A program made the translations under genes and the position numbers. From positions 3,840,001 to 3,904,000 of the forward strand of contig OZ240248.1 of NCBI GenBank assembly GCA_965198235.1: 64,000 nt of DNA, in the 5' to 3' direction. Below are positions 28,799-38,997 of the stretch, piece by piece. This stretch comes from Candidatus Poribacteria bacterium. Lineage in GTDB: Bacteria > Poribacteria > WGA-4E > WGA-3G. Below the pieces are notes generated by a model. It saw nothing but the letters and a program-made list of their open reading frames with translations, did not search any database and was not told the DNA's origin. Numbering within the stretch: position 1 is the stretch's first letter; each line of letters begins with the position of its first letter.

Positions 28799-31057
28799 AT
28801 GTCAAATGAAACCGCTCAAACGTTACAGGGAACGACCCCTTTAACGTTAGACGGCGATCTTGCCGCCCAGATGGTTGAGGCTCTTGATGATTATGTTTCG
28901 CTCGCGATAACTGATTCCATCGGAGGTCGGACAGGGTTGTGGAACCGCGATTATAGTTCACACAATGCGTATACCGAATCTGTCGAACCGAACCGCGCCC
29001 GGCTTCGAAAGCGGATCGGTTGCCTCGATCCACGGCTACCAATTGAGGATCTCGCCTATATTGCCACGACAAAAACCTCGGTGCATCTCACAGAAGATGA
29101 GGATTACACTGTATCCCGCGTTCGATGGCAGGTTTTTGATGAGGTGGAGGGCGAAGGACTTTTGTTGGAACCGGAGCACAACGTCCCAATTACTGCCCAG
29201 ATTGTTGCCCTGCCCGATGCCGATTGGACACCGGAGATGATAGCAGGAATAACAGATGAGTTGCCAGCGAACGCCCAATTTGCGAGACGTTTGGCGAAGG
29301 CAGGATGTCGTGTTGTTGTCCCACTTCTGATTAACCGTGACGATACCTATTCAGGAAACCCGACCCTCGGCGCGATGACGAATCAACCGCACCGCGAATT
29401 CATCTATCGAATGGCGTTTGAACTCGGAAGACATATCATCGGGTATGAAGTCCAGAAGGTGTTGTCGTTAGTGGACTGGATGTCTCTTTCCGATGCTCCG
29501 ATTGGGGTAATAGGTTATGGTGAAGGTGGATTGATTGCACTCTACAGTGCGGCAGTCGATACACGGATTCAGGCGACGGCTGTTAGTGGGTATTTCCAAT
29601 CTCGGCAGGAGGTCTGGCGAGAACCGATCTATCGAAATGTGTGGGGACTGCTACACGAATTCGGCGATGCTGAAATTGCGAGTCTTATTGCGCCGCGTCC
29701 GTTGGTTATCGACACAAGTCGAGGACCTGAAGTCGCCGGTCCGCCACCCGTTCGTGATGGGCGTGGGGGTGCTGCACCGGGACAGTTGGTATCACCACCG
29801 ATCCGTGCCGCGGAAGCGGAGTTTGAACGGGCCCGTGATTTTTATCAGCAGTTGGACAGTCCCGACACCTTGTGCCTCGTTTCTCCTGTAGATGGATTGC
29901 CGGGTTCTGAAGAGACCTTAACCGCGCTGCTTACCCGACTCGGTGTTGAAAACGCGCATATTGATAGCCACTATCTCCTCTCCTCGACCACGGTTAACAA
30001 TTTTGATTACGAGGCACGTCAGCAGCGGCAGTTTATGCAACTGGTGAACCTATCGCAACGCTTTTTGAGAGAAGCCGCATCGCGACGGCAGCAGCTCTTC
30101 TGGGAGAAAACCGATACCTCTTCGCTCACGCGGTGGGAGGAAACGTGTACAGATGCCAAAGCCTATTTCTGGGACGAAGTTATCGGTAGGTGTCCACCAC
30201 CCGATGTCCACGCCAATCCAAGGACGCGGCTCCTCTATGATGAACCCCTCTGGAAAGGCTACGAAGTCGTCCTTGATGTTTGGGATGGTGTTTTCGCTTA
30301 CGGTATCTTGCTGCTTCCGAACGACCTCCAGCCGGGTGAACAGCGTCCCGTTGTCGTCTGTCAGCACGGCTTAGAGGGACGACCGCAGGATACCGCCGAT
30401 CCGAGAATAGAATCGGTTTATCACTCTTACGCCGCAAGCTTGGCGGACAGAGGGTTTATCACCTACGCGCCACAAAATCCGTATATCGGTTTGGATGCCT
30501 TCCGCGTCATTCAACGCAAGGCGAATCCGGTAAAATGGTCGCTCTTTTCGTTTATCATTCGCCAACATGAGCGAACACTTGATTGGCTCGCCGAACAACC
30601 TTTCGTTGATGCCGATCGGATTGGCTTTTACGGGTTATCTTACGGCGGCAAAACAGCAATGCGCGTCCCTGCCCTGCTTGAACGCTACGCCTGCTCAATC
30701 TGTTCCGCGGATTTCAACGAATGGATCGTCAAAAATGCGACCTATCATTCTCGGTACAGTTATATGTTCACGGGCGAGTATGAGATGCCAGAATTCGATT
30801 TAGGAAATACCTTTAACTACGGTGAGATGGCGGGATTGATTGCGCCGCGTCCATTTATGGTGGAGCGTGGACATGATGACGGGGTTGCACCAGATGAATG
30901 GGTTGCGCACGAATTCGCGGTCGTTCGTCGGCTTTACGTTCAGTTGGGAATTGCTGATAGAACAGAGATCGAATTCTTTGATGGTGGACATCAGATTAAT
31001 TCCGATGGGACGTTCCGGTTCCTGCATCGCCACTTGAATTGGCCCGAACCGCAATAG
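28799..31057 (+). CDS. Two-domain alpha/beta-hydrolase (dienelactone hydrolase-like)
   Basis: GYGEGG (degenerate) and GLSYGG nucleophile elbows; C-terminal GGH. Confidence 0.75.
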   Translation: MSNETAQTLQGTTPLTLDGDLAAQMVEALDDYVSLAITDSIGGRTGLWNRDYSSHNAYTESVEPNRARLRKRIGCLDPRLPIEDLAYIATTKTSVHLTEDEDYTVSRVRWQVFDEVEGEGLLLEPEHNVPITAQIVALPDADWTPEMIAGITDELPANAQFARRLAKAGCRVVVPLLINRDDTYSGNPTLGAMTNQPHREFIYRMAFELGRHIIGYEVQKVLSLVDWMSLSDAPIGVIGYGEGGLIALYSAAVDTRIQATAVSGYFQSRQEVWREPIYRNVWGLLHEFGDAEIASLIAPRPLVIDTSRGPEVAGPPPVRDGRGGAAPGQLVSPPIRAAEAEFERARDFYQQLDSPDTLCLVSPVDGLPGSEETLTALLTRLGVENAHIDSHYLLSSTTVNNFDYEARQQRQFMQLVNLSQRFLREAASRRQQLFWEKTDTSSLTRWEETCTDAKAYFWDEVIGRCPPPDVHANPRTRLLYDEPLWKGYEVVLDVWDGVFAYGILLLPNDLQPGEQRPVVVCQHGLEGRPQDTADPRIESVYHSYAASLADRGFITYAPQNPYIGLDAFRVIQRKANPVKWSLFSFIIRQHERTLDWLAEQPFVDADRIGFYGLSYGGKTAMRVPALLERYACSICSADFNEWIVKNATYHSRYSYMFTGEYEMPEFDLGNTFNYGEMAGLIAPRPFMVERGHDDGVAPDEWVAHEFAVVRRLYVQLGIADRTEIEFFDGGHQINSDGTFRFLHRHLNWPEPQ

Positions 31058-31378
31058 GCACCTTAACTGAGGGTGGTTCATAAATCATCACAACTGCAAC
31101 GGTAGCAATCAATACCTTACTTCATAAGAACTACACGATGCGACTCCCTTTGTACCATAATCTGTTAGATTGTGGTCTTTGCGGTATCTGATTTATTAGA
31201 TAACATCTATCGGTCCGCAAACTAAATGAAGATCCAGAATTTAATTCGGTAATTTCCTAACGATGCCCGGTGCGGTTTCATGAAAATTAAAAAATAAAGC
31301 CCCAGAGGGGCGACAGGTGTATATCGTTAAATTCACGCGTATGGAGCGATGTGAAACCGTACACCGAGAAAGAAAAAC

Positions 31379-32437
31379 ATGCTTTACGCAATCACTGTAA
31401 GCGCAGGGCTCGAAACCCTCGCACGCGAGGAGTTATCCGAACGCTTTGCCGACACAGGACATCTGAAAATCCTTGAACGGAAACCTCAGCGGATCCTTTT
31501 CCAATATGCTGGGAACCCGCGTGAACTGCTATCGCTACGGACAGCCGAGCATCTCTTTCTCATTCTAAAGCGGATGCCGAAGATGACACGCTCACGCAGT
31601 TCCTTAACGGCATTTAGCGGTTCCCTCTCGCGCTTCAATTTCAAGGAGGCGTTTGAGTGCTGTCGGCAGGTCGGTATCAATGCGCGGAAACGGGTGTCGT
31701 TTCGGGTGACAAGTCGGCTCTCAGGAAAACGCAATTTCCGTCGGGTTGATCTCCAGCGCGTGGTTGAACGCGCGTTGTTAGAGCGAGAATGGTATGCGGG
31801 GTCATCAAAATCGGCTTTAGATATTTGGGCAGAGATACATGGAGACGACGGCTATATCAGCATCAAACTTTCCCCAAACGATATGGCACAACGTCCGTAT
31901 AAACAGGCACATATCCCCGCATCTCTCAAACCGACATTGGCATACAGTATGGTACGCCTTTCACGACCACATCCAGACGATGTCTTTTTGGACGCGATGT
32001 GTGGTGCCGGGACTATCCTTCTGGAACGCGCACTTATCAAGCGGTATCGTTACCTAATCGGAGGTGATGTCTCTACAGACGCTTTAGACGCTACCGTGAC
32101 GAATTTTGGGAGGAAACATCAACCGCGTCAATTTTTTCACTGGGATGCTCGGCGTTTGCCGTTAGGATCGAACACTGTTGATAAAATCGTCTGTAATCTC
32201 CCATTCGGTGAGACGAACGGAAATGTGCCGCAGCTTACGAATCTATATCGCCAATGTCTCAGAGAATACGAGCGCGTCCTGAAACCGAGAGGCAGGATGG
32301 TGCTACTCACTTCGCAAAACAGGCTACTTGATGATGAGTTGAAACAACGGCGTTCTCTCAGAGTTACCCAGAAATTGACGGTGGATGTGCGAGGGATGCG
32401 GGCATGGATGTGCGTTGTCCGTCCGAAAACAAGATAG
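31379..32437 (+). CDS. THUMP-domain RNA methyltransferase (Trm14/RlmL-like)
   Basis: LRTAEH, ASLKPTLA, DAMCGAGT, NLPFG. Confidence 0.85.
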   Translation: MLYAITVSAGLETLAREELSERFADTGHLKILERKPQRILFQYAGNPRELLSLRTAEHLFLILKRMPKMTRSRSSLTAFSGSLSRFNFKEAFECCRQVGINARKRVSFRVTSRLSGKRNFRRVDLQRVVERALLEREWYAGSSKSALDIWAEIHGDDGYISIKLSPNDMAQRPYKQAHIPASLKPTLAYSMVRLSRPHPDDVFLDAMCGAGTILLERALIKRYRYLIGGDVSTDALDATVTNFGRKHQPRQFFHWDARRLPLGSNTVDKIVCNLPFGETNGNVPQLTNLYRQCLREYERVLKPRGRMVLLTSQNRLLDDELKQRRSLRVTQKLTVDVRGMRAWMCVVRPKTR

Positions 32438-32654
32438 GTGCGATTTGAAAATAGCACTCGGCAATCAGCAATCAGCAGTCAGGAGTCGGTAGGTACGGCT
32501 TTATGAAAAATAAAAAATAAATTCGGTAATCGACGGGAGACCATGAATGGTTTCCCTACTACAAACGGGACTGCTCGTAGTAGTGCGATTTATCGCACGT
32601 TCGGAAGTTCCCCAATTAAACTCTTAAACTTCATGAAACCGCACCGAATAATAC

Positions 32655-33740
32655 CTAAATCTCTGGCACTCTCACTGCTACCTCTTTCCCCGCCGCGTGC
32701 GAACGGAAAATACCGTCCATAATCACGTTCGTGAGGAGAACACCCTCCGGCGGTATCGGCGACGGCGCGTCCGCTTTAATGGCTTCCCGGAACGCAATCA
32801 TCTGTGCCGCCCAGTTATCTTCCTCTGGGAATCCTGAGAACTGGATCGTGGTCATCCCTTCCGGCGGATTCGGTTCCACTGTTAATCCTTCCGATTCCAC
32901 AAATTTCTTGAGATCACCGGCATACGCATCGGCGTAAATAACCGGTCCATTCAACGAGAACCCCGCCTTCGTCCCAAGGTGGAAGTTGCCACCGAGAGAG
33001 TCCTGATGTACTGCCCAAGAAATTTTGAACACCATTACACCACCATTTTCAAAGCGCACCCACGCCGCACCGAACTCTTCAACATCCATAATACCACGGA
33101 ACCTCGGATCTTGCTGTGAGATATAATCCTCGGTGATTGCGGAAACCCGCACGGGTTTCGGATACCCCATCGCATACATCGAGGCATGCATATTATAGAC
33201 ACCGATATCGACGGTTGCCCCTGCCCCCGCCGTCTTCTTGTAGATGAACGTATGTCCCGGGTTTCCGCGTCGCCTGCACCCTGCGGATTCAGAGTAGTAG
33301 ATATCGCCGAATAATCCCGCGTCAAACGCCTTTCTTATGAATTGGAGTCTCGGACTAAACGTCGGATTGAGACCGATTTGTAAGATTTTGCCGGATGCTT
33401 TCGCTGCCCGGACCATCGCCGTCGCATCCGGAAGGGTCGCCGCCATCGGTTTTTCACAGAGGACGTGTTTACCTGCGTTCAACGCCGCGACCGTCGGTCG
33501 CCGATGCCCCTGATTGTAAGTGCAAACACTCACCCCATCAATCTCGTCCATTTCGAGCATCTTGTTGTAACTTGAAAATGCGTTCTTTTTCGGGACACCC
33601 CACTCTTCGGCGGCTTGGTTCGCCTTACTTTTGATGATGTCGCAGACCGCGACGATCTCAAAACCGCCTACTTTCTCATAGGTGCTCTGGTGCGCACGTG
33701 AAATGCCACCTGTACCAATAATACCAACCCGGACAGTCAT
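32655..33740 (-). CDS. Gfo/Idh/MocA oxidoreductase (paralog 1)
   Basis: GIIGTGGIS, GKHVLCEKP, DIGVY. Confidence 0.93.
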   Translation of the reverse strand: MTVRVGIIGTGGISRAHQSTYEKVGGFEIVAVCDIIKSKANQAAEEWGVPKKNAFSSYNKMLEMDEIDGVSVCTYNQGHRRPTVAALNAGKHVLCEKPMAATLPDATAMVRAAKASGKILQIGLNPTFSPRLQFIRKAFDAGLFGDIYYSESAGCRRRGNPGHTFIYKKTAGAGATVDIGVYNMHASMYAMGYPKPVRVSAITEDYISQQDPRFRGIMDVEEFGAAWVRFENGGVMVFKISWAVHQDSLGGNFHLGTKAGFSLNGPVIYADAYAGDLKKFVESEGLTVEPNPPEGMTTIQFSGFPEEDNWAAQMIAFREAIKADAPSPIPPEGVLLTNVIMDGIFRSHAAGKEVAVRVPEI

Positions 33741-33841
33741 ATTGCTATCTCCTCATAATCAATTTATGGTAAAACCGAAAAATATGTAGGCACTAAATAT
33801 GTCCTCTCCGCTGACGACTGATTGCTGACCGCTGATCGCTA

Positions 33842-34927
33842 TTAAATCTCCGGCACTCTCACCGCAACCTCTTTTCCCGATTCATGTGAGCGGAAAATAC
33901 CGTCCATAATTACGTTCGTGAGCAGCACCCCGTCTGGCGGTATCGGGGATGGTGCGTCTGCTTTAACGACTTCGCGGAACGCCGTCATCTGTGCTTCCCA
34001 AACATCGACCTCTGGGAATCCTGAAAAACGGATCGTTGTCATCCCTTCCGGTGGGTTCGGCTCTGCTGTCAATCCTTCCGATTTTACCAGTTTCTTGAGA
34101 TCGTCTGTATAAGCATCGGCATAGACAACCGGTCCATCCAAGGAGATACCCATTTCTTTACCGAGACAGAAACTCGGACCGAGCGAATCCTGATGAATTG
34201 CCCAAGAGATTTTGAACACCATCACGCCACCGTTTTCAAACCGCACCCACGCTACACCGAACTCTTCGACATCCATGATACCACGGAATTGTGGGTCTTG
34301 CTGCGAGATGTAATCCTCGGTGATAGCGGAAACCCGCACGGGTTTCGGGTAGCCCATCGCATACAGCGAGTTGTGCATATTATAGACACCGATGTCTACA
34401 ATCGCACCCGCGCCCGCCGTCTTTTTGTAGATGAACGTGCGTCCAGGGTTCCCGCGTCGTCTGCCTCCCGAAGACTCGGAATAGTAAATATCGCCGAGCA
34501 ACCCTTCATCAATGACCCTCTTAGCAAATTGGAGTCTCGGATTAAACGTGCTGTGGAGACCGATCTGCAGAATTTTGCCTGATGCTTTCGCTGCCCAGAC
34601 CATCGCCGTCGCATCTGCGAGCGTCGCCGCCATCGGTTTTTCACAGAAGACGTGTTTGCCAGCGTTCAGTGCTGCCACTGTCGGACGCCGATGTCCTTGG
34701 TTGTAAGTACAAACACTCACAGTATCGATCTCATCCATTTCAAGCATCTTGTTGTAGCTTGAAAAGACGTGCTTTTTCGGGACACCCCACTGTGCAGCAG
34801 CTTCATTTGCCTTGCTTTTGATGATGTCGCAGACCGCGACGATCTCGAAACCGCCTACCCTCGCGTAAGCCCGCTGATGCGCACGTGAAATGCCGCCCGT
34901 ACCCACAATACCGACTCGGATAGTCAT
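33842..34927 (-). CDS. Gfo/Idh/MocA oxidoreductase (paralog 2, tandem duplicate)
   Basis: Same length (361 aa) and highly similar to paralog 1. Confidence 0.93.
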   Translation of the reverse strand: MTIRVGIVGTGGISRAHQRAYARVGGFEIVAVCDIIKSKANEAAAQWGVPKKHVFSSYNKMLEMDEIDTVSVCTYNQGHRRPTVAALNAGKHVFCEKPMAATLADATAMVWAAKASGKILQIGLHSTFNPRLQFAKRVIDEGLLGDIYYSESSGGRRRGNPGRTFIYKKTAGAGAIVDIGVYNMHNSLYAMGYPKPVRVSAITEDYISQQDPQFRGIMDVEEFGVAWVRFENGGVMVFKISWAIHQDSLGPSFCLGKEMGISLDGPVVYADAYTDDLKKLVKSEGLTAEPNPPEGMTTIRFSGFPEVDVWEAQMTAFREVVKADAPSPIPPDGVLLTNVIMDGIFRSHESGKEVAVRVPEI

Positions 34928-35313
34928 GTTCTGATCTCCTCATAGGTCATTCAGTTTTCCTGTAGGAGGGATCTCCGAATCCCGACTCCTTCCCTAAAAT
35001 GGTCACGAAAAACCGAGAACTCAATAACCCTAATTTTCTCATAAGCAGAGTTGAAATTGTTGTATGAGTTTAGATGAAATCGGTTTGCAATGCAAGGAAA
35101 AAATCATACCTATCGATTGGGCATTTTGCAAGCATGGCACTTCGCCTTCAAACCGCACCGGACAATAGAGATCCAAGGCATCCTCTTCCTGTAGGAGCGA
35201 GCTGTGCTTGTGATCTCGACAATACACGATGTTTATTCCATAGATGTGGCGTGTGGGAGGAGACAGATTAGGAGTGTTCAATTTGTTATCTAATAATAAA
35301 ATCAATTTTTTGT

Positions 35314-35374
35314 TTGACAAATTTCTGGAAAAAATGTAAGATGCATGCAAGTTGTAGACATTGCTTGCAATGTC
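35314..35374 (+). promoter_or_regulatory. sigma70 promoter TTGACA-N17-TAAGAT plus downstream palindrome GACATTGC-TT-GCAATGTC
   Basis: Direct reading; palindrome at 35357-35374. Confidence 0.6.
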
Positions 35375-35447
35375 CATATTTCACCCCCTGAGGTTTGACA
35401 CTAAACCTCTTAAACTACGATCTAACCTATTAGGAGGATCTTTTCAC

Positions 35448-36281
35448 ATGAGATTTTTTATGGTTGTTGCTGGCGTGTTATGCGCCGCGACCCTCGCGCT
35501 CTGGGCACCCACAGTTGATGCCGCTCCGAAAGTCGATATCTTTATCTACACGGAGATAACGCAGTGGATCGGTCAGGCACAGGCACAAGAACAAGCCGAG
35601 ATATTCATGAAAGAAATTGATGGCAAAAAAGGTATCGGCGATGTTGTCAATGAAAACTCCAAGAAAATTGAAGCTTGGACGAAGAAACACACCAAGGAAA
35701 AAGGCTATCACATTATTAGCCTGTACGGTGATTTTCCGCCTGAAATCTATGCACAGGGCAATAAAGATGAGGATGGTTCTGTTGCTGAAGAATTCCTTGA
35801 TGCCGGCAATACCTATTCAAACAGTGCTGACTATTTCTTCTGGGGACTCCAAGGGAGAAACCGTGAAGGTGGACTCCAGAACATGATGGATATCCCCGGT
35901 ATACTCCAATGGGACGATGACACAGCAATGAAGGTCACAAAGGAAGGGAAAAAGATCACACCGACTCTGAAGGATTATGCCACCGATCGTCCGTTCCACG
36001 TCGATCAGCTCAAAGGCACCGATTGGGAAGTGGAGGTCGCATTTGCTACGGAAACAGGGAAGTCGAGCGGTGTGAACCGGTGTGACCCGTGCATCATCCG
36101 GAATACGAAAACCGACGCACGTCTCATCCAGGTCTATCAGACTGCAGGCCAAGCAGACCCGAAAGGTAAAGTCCTCTCGGAAATTATCCTCAACTATTAT
36201 CTTGAGGTTGTTGGGGCACTTGATGTTGATCCGCAAGATAAACTACCCACATTGTGGGCTGATATTAAATCCAGGAGATAA
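35448..36281 (+). CDS. Secreted protein of unknown function with C-terminal VDPQDKLPTLWADIK tail
   Basis: AGGAGG RBS, signal peptide ending VDA, paralogous to the next gene. Confidence 0.8.
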   Translation: MRFFMVVAGVLCAATLALWAPTVDAAPKVDIFIYTEITQWIGQAQAQEQAEIFMKEIDGKKGIGDVVNENSKKIEAWTKKHTKEKGYHIISLYGDFPPEIYAQGNKDEDGSVAEEFLDAGNTYSNSADYFFWGLQGRNREGGLQNMMDIPGILQWDDDTAMKVTKEGKKITPTLKDYATDRPFHVDQLKGTDWEVEVAFATETGKSSGVNRCDPCIIRNTKTDARLIQVYQTAGQADPKGKVLSEIILNYYLEVVGALDVDPQDKLPTLWADIKSRR

Positions 36282-36287
36282 AATTTA

Positions 36288-37091
36288 ATGCGAAATATTT
36301 TTCTTTCGCTCACTCTTATTACGTTGATGGCACTCCCTTTAACGTCCGTATTTGCTGCCGGTGAAGTCGCTATCTATACCGGAATCACACAGTGGATTAC
36401 TAAGGCGGCGGCTGACGAAGAGGCAGAAATTTGTGTTGGTATGCTCGACGACGCAGATATCGCGAATACGTGGTATGATAGCGATGGCCAAGCCGGGGAC
36501 TTAGCCGATTGGATGGAAAGTGTCACCGGCGACGATGGCTTGGATATCTGTGTCCTCTATGGTGATTTCCCACCCGAAATCTATCCGCAAGGTAATTCAC
36601 AGACCGAAGGCTCTATCGCCGAGACCTTCATCGAAACTACCGATGGCGACGTTTTCATTAACCACGCCGATTATATGTTCTGGGGTTTGGCCGGTAGAAA
36701 TAGAGAAGGTGGGCTACAGAACATGATGGATATCGACGGCATTGTGATGTGGGATGACAATACGCCTATGAAAGTCACACCTGAAGGCAAAGCCATTTCC
36801 CCAAGTTTAACCGACTATGCATCCGACCGTCCGTTCCACATCGATCAACTTGATGGCGATTGGGAAATTGAGGTTTCACTCGCACAAAACGATGCCGGCA
36901 CCCGTGCCGATCCGATTATTGTTCGAGATGGGAACCTCGGTAGGTTAATTCCAGCGATACAGACCAATGGTGGCGATGAACCGAAAGGTGCTATCGCAGC
37001 TGAAATTATCATCTGGCTCATGTCCACAACACCGGTTGAACCTGTTGGTAAACTCTCCACAACGTGGGGTGATTTGAAAGCAGTTCAGTAG
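36288..37091 (+). CDS. Secreted paralog with C-terminal VEPVGKLSTTWGDLK tail
   Basis: Signal peptide ending VFA; shared LYGDFPPEIY, NREGGLQNMMDI, DRPFH.DQL. Confidence 0.8.
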   Translation: MRNIFLSLTLITLMALPLTSVFAAGEVAIYTGITQWITKAAADEEAEICVGMLDDADIANTWYDSDGQAGDLADWMESVTGDDGLDICVLYGDFPPEIYPQGNSQTEGSIAETFIETTDGDVFINHADYMFWGLAGRNREGGLQNMMDIDGIVMWDDNTPMKVTPEGKAISPSLTDYASDRPFHIDQLDGDWEIEVSLAQNDAGTRADPIIVRDGNLGRLIPAIQTNGGDEPKGAIAAEIIIWLMSTTPVEPVGKLSTTWGDLKAVQ

Positions 37092-37173
37092 GATGGAAGA
37101 AAAGACGGAAGAGTGGAAGGATAGCAGTATGCTTCCATCTTCCACCCTTCCAGTCTTGTAATCTTTGTTAGAG

Positions 37174-38046
37174 ATGAAATTTAGCGAAGTCAGAATTCTG
37201 TTTGTTCTCTTGATTTTCACGCTTGCAGCGTTCGCTTGCCGAGAGAGATCAAGTTCCCCCCTTGTTGGTCCCCTTCCCATTCAAACGATCACAACCCCTA
37301 AAGATGGAGCCGTGATGGTTTACGTACCTGCTGGCGAATTCTTGATGGGAACCAGCGACGCGGATATTGAACGCTTCAAAGAGATTTTTCCGCTCCGCGA
37401 CATTGCTCGATTTGACAATGAACGTCCCCAACGCACCGTCTTTGTCGATGCCTTCTACATCGACAAGTATGAAGTAACAAACAAACAGTACAAGCGATTC
37501 CTCGCTGAAACCGGCTATGATCCCAAGCAGTATTTGGATTATCCACCTTATGATACACCTGACTTCCCTGCCGCTGCCTTGGCGTGGGAAGATGCTGTCG
37601 CCTACGCAAAATGGGCGGGCAAAAGGCTGCCAACGGAGGCAGAATGGGAGAAAGCCGCTCGCGGTACAGATGGACGCTTTTGGCCCTGGGGAAATGAATG
37701 GGACGGAACAAGACTCAGCGGAAATGACGGCACGGGACTTAAAGATGGATATAAAGAGACCGCACCTGTTGGACAGTTTCCACAAGGGGCGAGTCCTTAC
37801 GGCGCACACGATATGGCGGGCAATTTTTGGGAATGGGTCTCGGACTGGTACGATCCAGACTATTACCGTAGTGCGCCACCCAATATCAATCCGAAGGGAC
37901 CTGAGATCGGCGATGGACATGTCTTAAAAGGTGGGGGTTGGGCAGAGAATTTGGATTTCACCCGATGTGCCAGTCGGCTTGGCGGAAACCCCGGATCTCT
38001 GTTGCGCGGGTTCCGGTGTGCAATAGACGCACCATCTGGAGAGTAA
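37174..38046 (+). CDS. Formylglycine-generating enzyme (SUMF1)-domain lipoprotein
   Basis: KYEVTN, RLPTEAEWEKAARG, DMAGN.WEW, GFRC; lipobox AFAC. Confidence 0.9.
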   Translation: MKFSEVRILFVLLIFTLAAFACRERSSSPLVGPLPIQTITTPKDGAVMVYVPAGEFLMGTSDADIERFKEIFPLRDIARFDNERPQRTVFVDAFYIDKYEVTNKQYKRFLAETGYDPKQYLDYPPYDTPDFPAAALAWEDAVAYAKWAGKRLPTEAEWEKAARGTDGRFWPWGNEWDGTRLSGNDGTGLKDGYKETAPVGQFPQGASPYGAHDMAGNFWEWVSDWYDPDYYRSAPPNINPKGPEIGDGHVLKGGGWAENLDFTRCASRLGGNPGSLLRGFRCAIDAPSGE

Positions 38047-38317
38047 GCAATATTAGGTTCATCACCGCTAAAAAGAGACGTAACTTACGCACGAAAATCT
38101 GTAGGAGGGATCTCCGAATCCTGACTTCTGATTTATCTTCCTCATAAAATTTCAGAGTAAACTTCCCATGAACCTTCAGACGAAACCCCTCAAAATCCAG
38201 TGATGATATAGAGGCATGCCCTTTTTCTAATTCTATCACTTTTTGGATTTACTCTGAATACTCTGAAATTCGCGCGATTTCGTTTTCTGATTTACATACC
38301 TCTAACCCTTCGCGAAT

Positions 38318-38347
38318 TTGACATCTATTCCTGTGCTGTGCTATACT
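38318..38347 (+). promoter_or_regulatory. sigma70 promoter TTGACA-N18-TATACT with extended -10
   Basis: Direct reading. Confidence 0.6.
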
Positions 38348-38523
38348 TTATAATGGATAGACAAAAGAGGACTATGAAGTGGCTTTCTGCTTGTGAGCTA
38401 AACAACGCAGCTTGGAACATTGTCCTGCAAGCCTCTATAGGCTTGCACCAGGAAAGCGGATTTGAGCAAGGAACGTCAAAGTCTCATTTCCGGTCGTTTA
38501 ACCGCAAGGAATAATTAAAAAAT

Positions 38524-38997
38524 TTGAAACAGATTATCACACACGCAGATCCAGATCTCGATGCTATCGTTAGCGCATGGATCGCCCAAGATTTTCTCTT
38601 CAAGGAACACGCGTCAGAGGTCCTGTTTGTGAGCCGAAAAGTGCCAGAGAAACTCATGTTGCATGCCGATTGTGTGGTGGATGTCGGAAACACATACATC
38701 CCTGAAAACTACCGATTCGATCACAAGCCTCCCGCATTTCAGAATAGAAATACCACCTGTGCGACTCGGCTCATCTGGGAATATCTACGCGACACCGGTG
38801 CCGATATAGTACACCTTGAACCTTTAGTGCAGATAACATATCAAGGCGATACACATCGGAACTCAGAAGCACTCAAACAGAGCCGAATCGATGGACCGCA
38901 TGCCGAATTAGTCAAACTAAAAGCAGAACATAAAGAAACGACAGAGGTCTATCGACAGATGGTTCTCTGGCTGAGGAGTTATACAAAAAACTTATGA
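38524..38997 (+). CDS. Short MYG1/DHH-like hydrolase
   Basis: THADPDLDA, VDVG, RFDH motifs. Confidence 0.55.
   Translation: MKQIITHADPDLDAIVSAWIAQDFLFKEHASEVLFVSRKVPEKLMLHADCVVDVGNTYIPENYRFDHKPPAFQNRNTTCATRLIWEYLRDTGADIVHLEPLVQITYQGDTHRNSEALKQSRIDGPHAELVKLKAEHKETTEVYRQMVLWLRSYTKNL

Noticed and set aside
37092-37155. ggaag/cttcc purine-pyrimidine inverted array as an ncRNA
   Set aside because: Low-complexity hairpin typical of the intergenic repeats here; no further support
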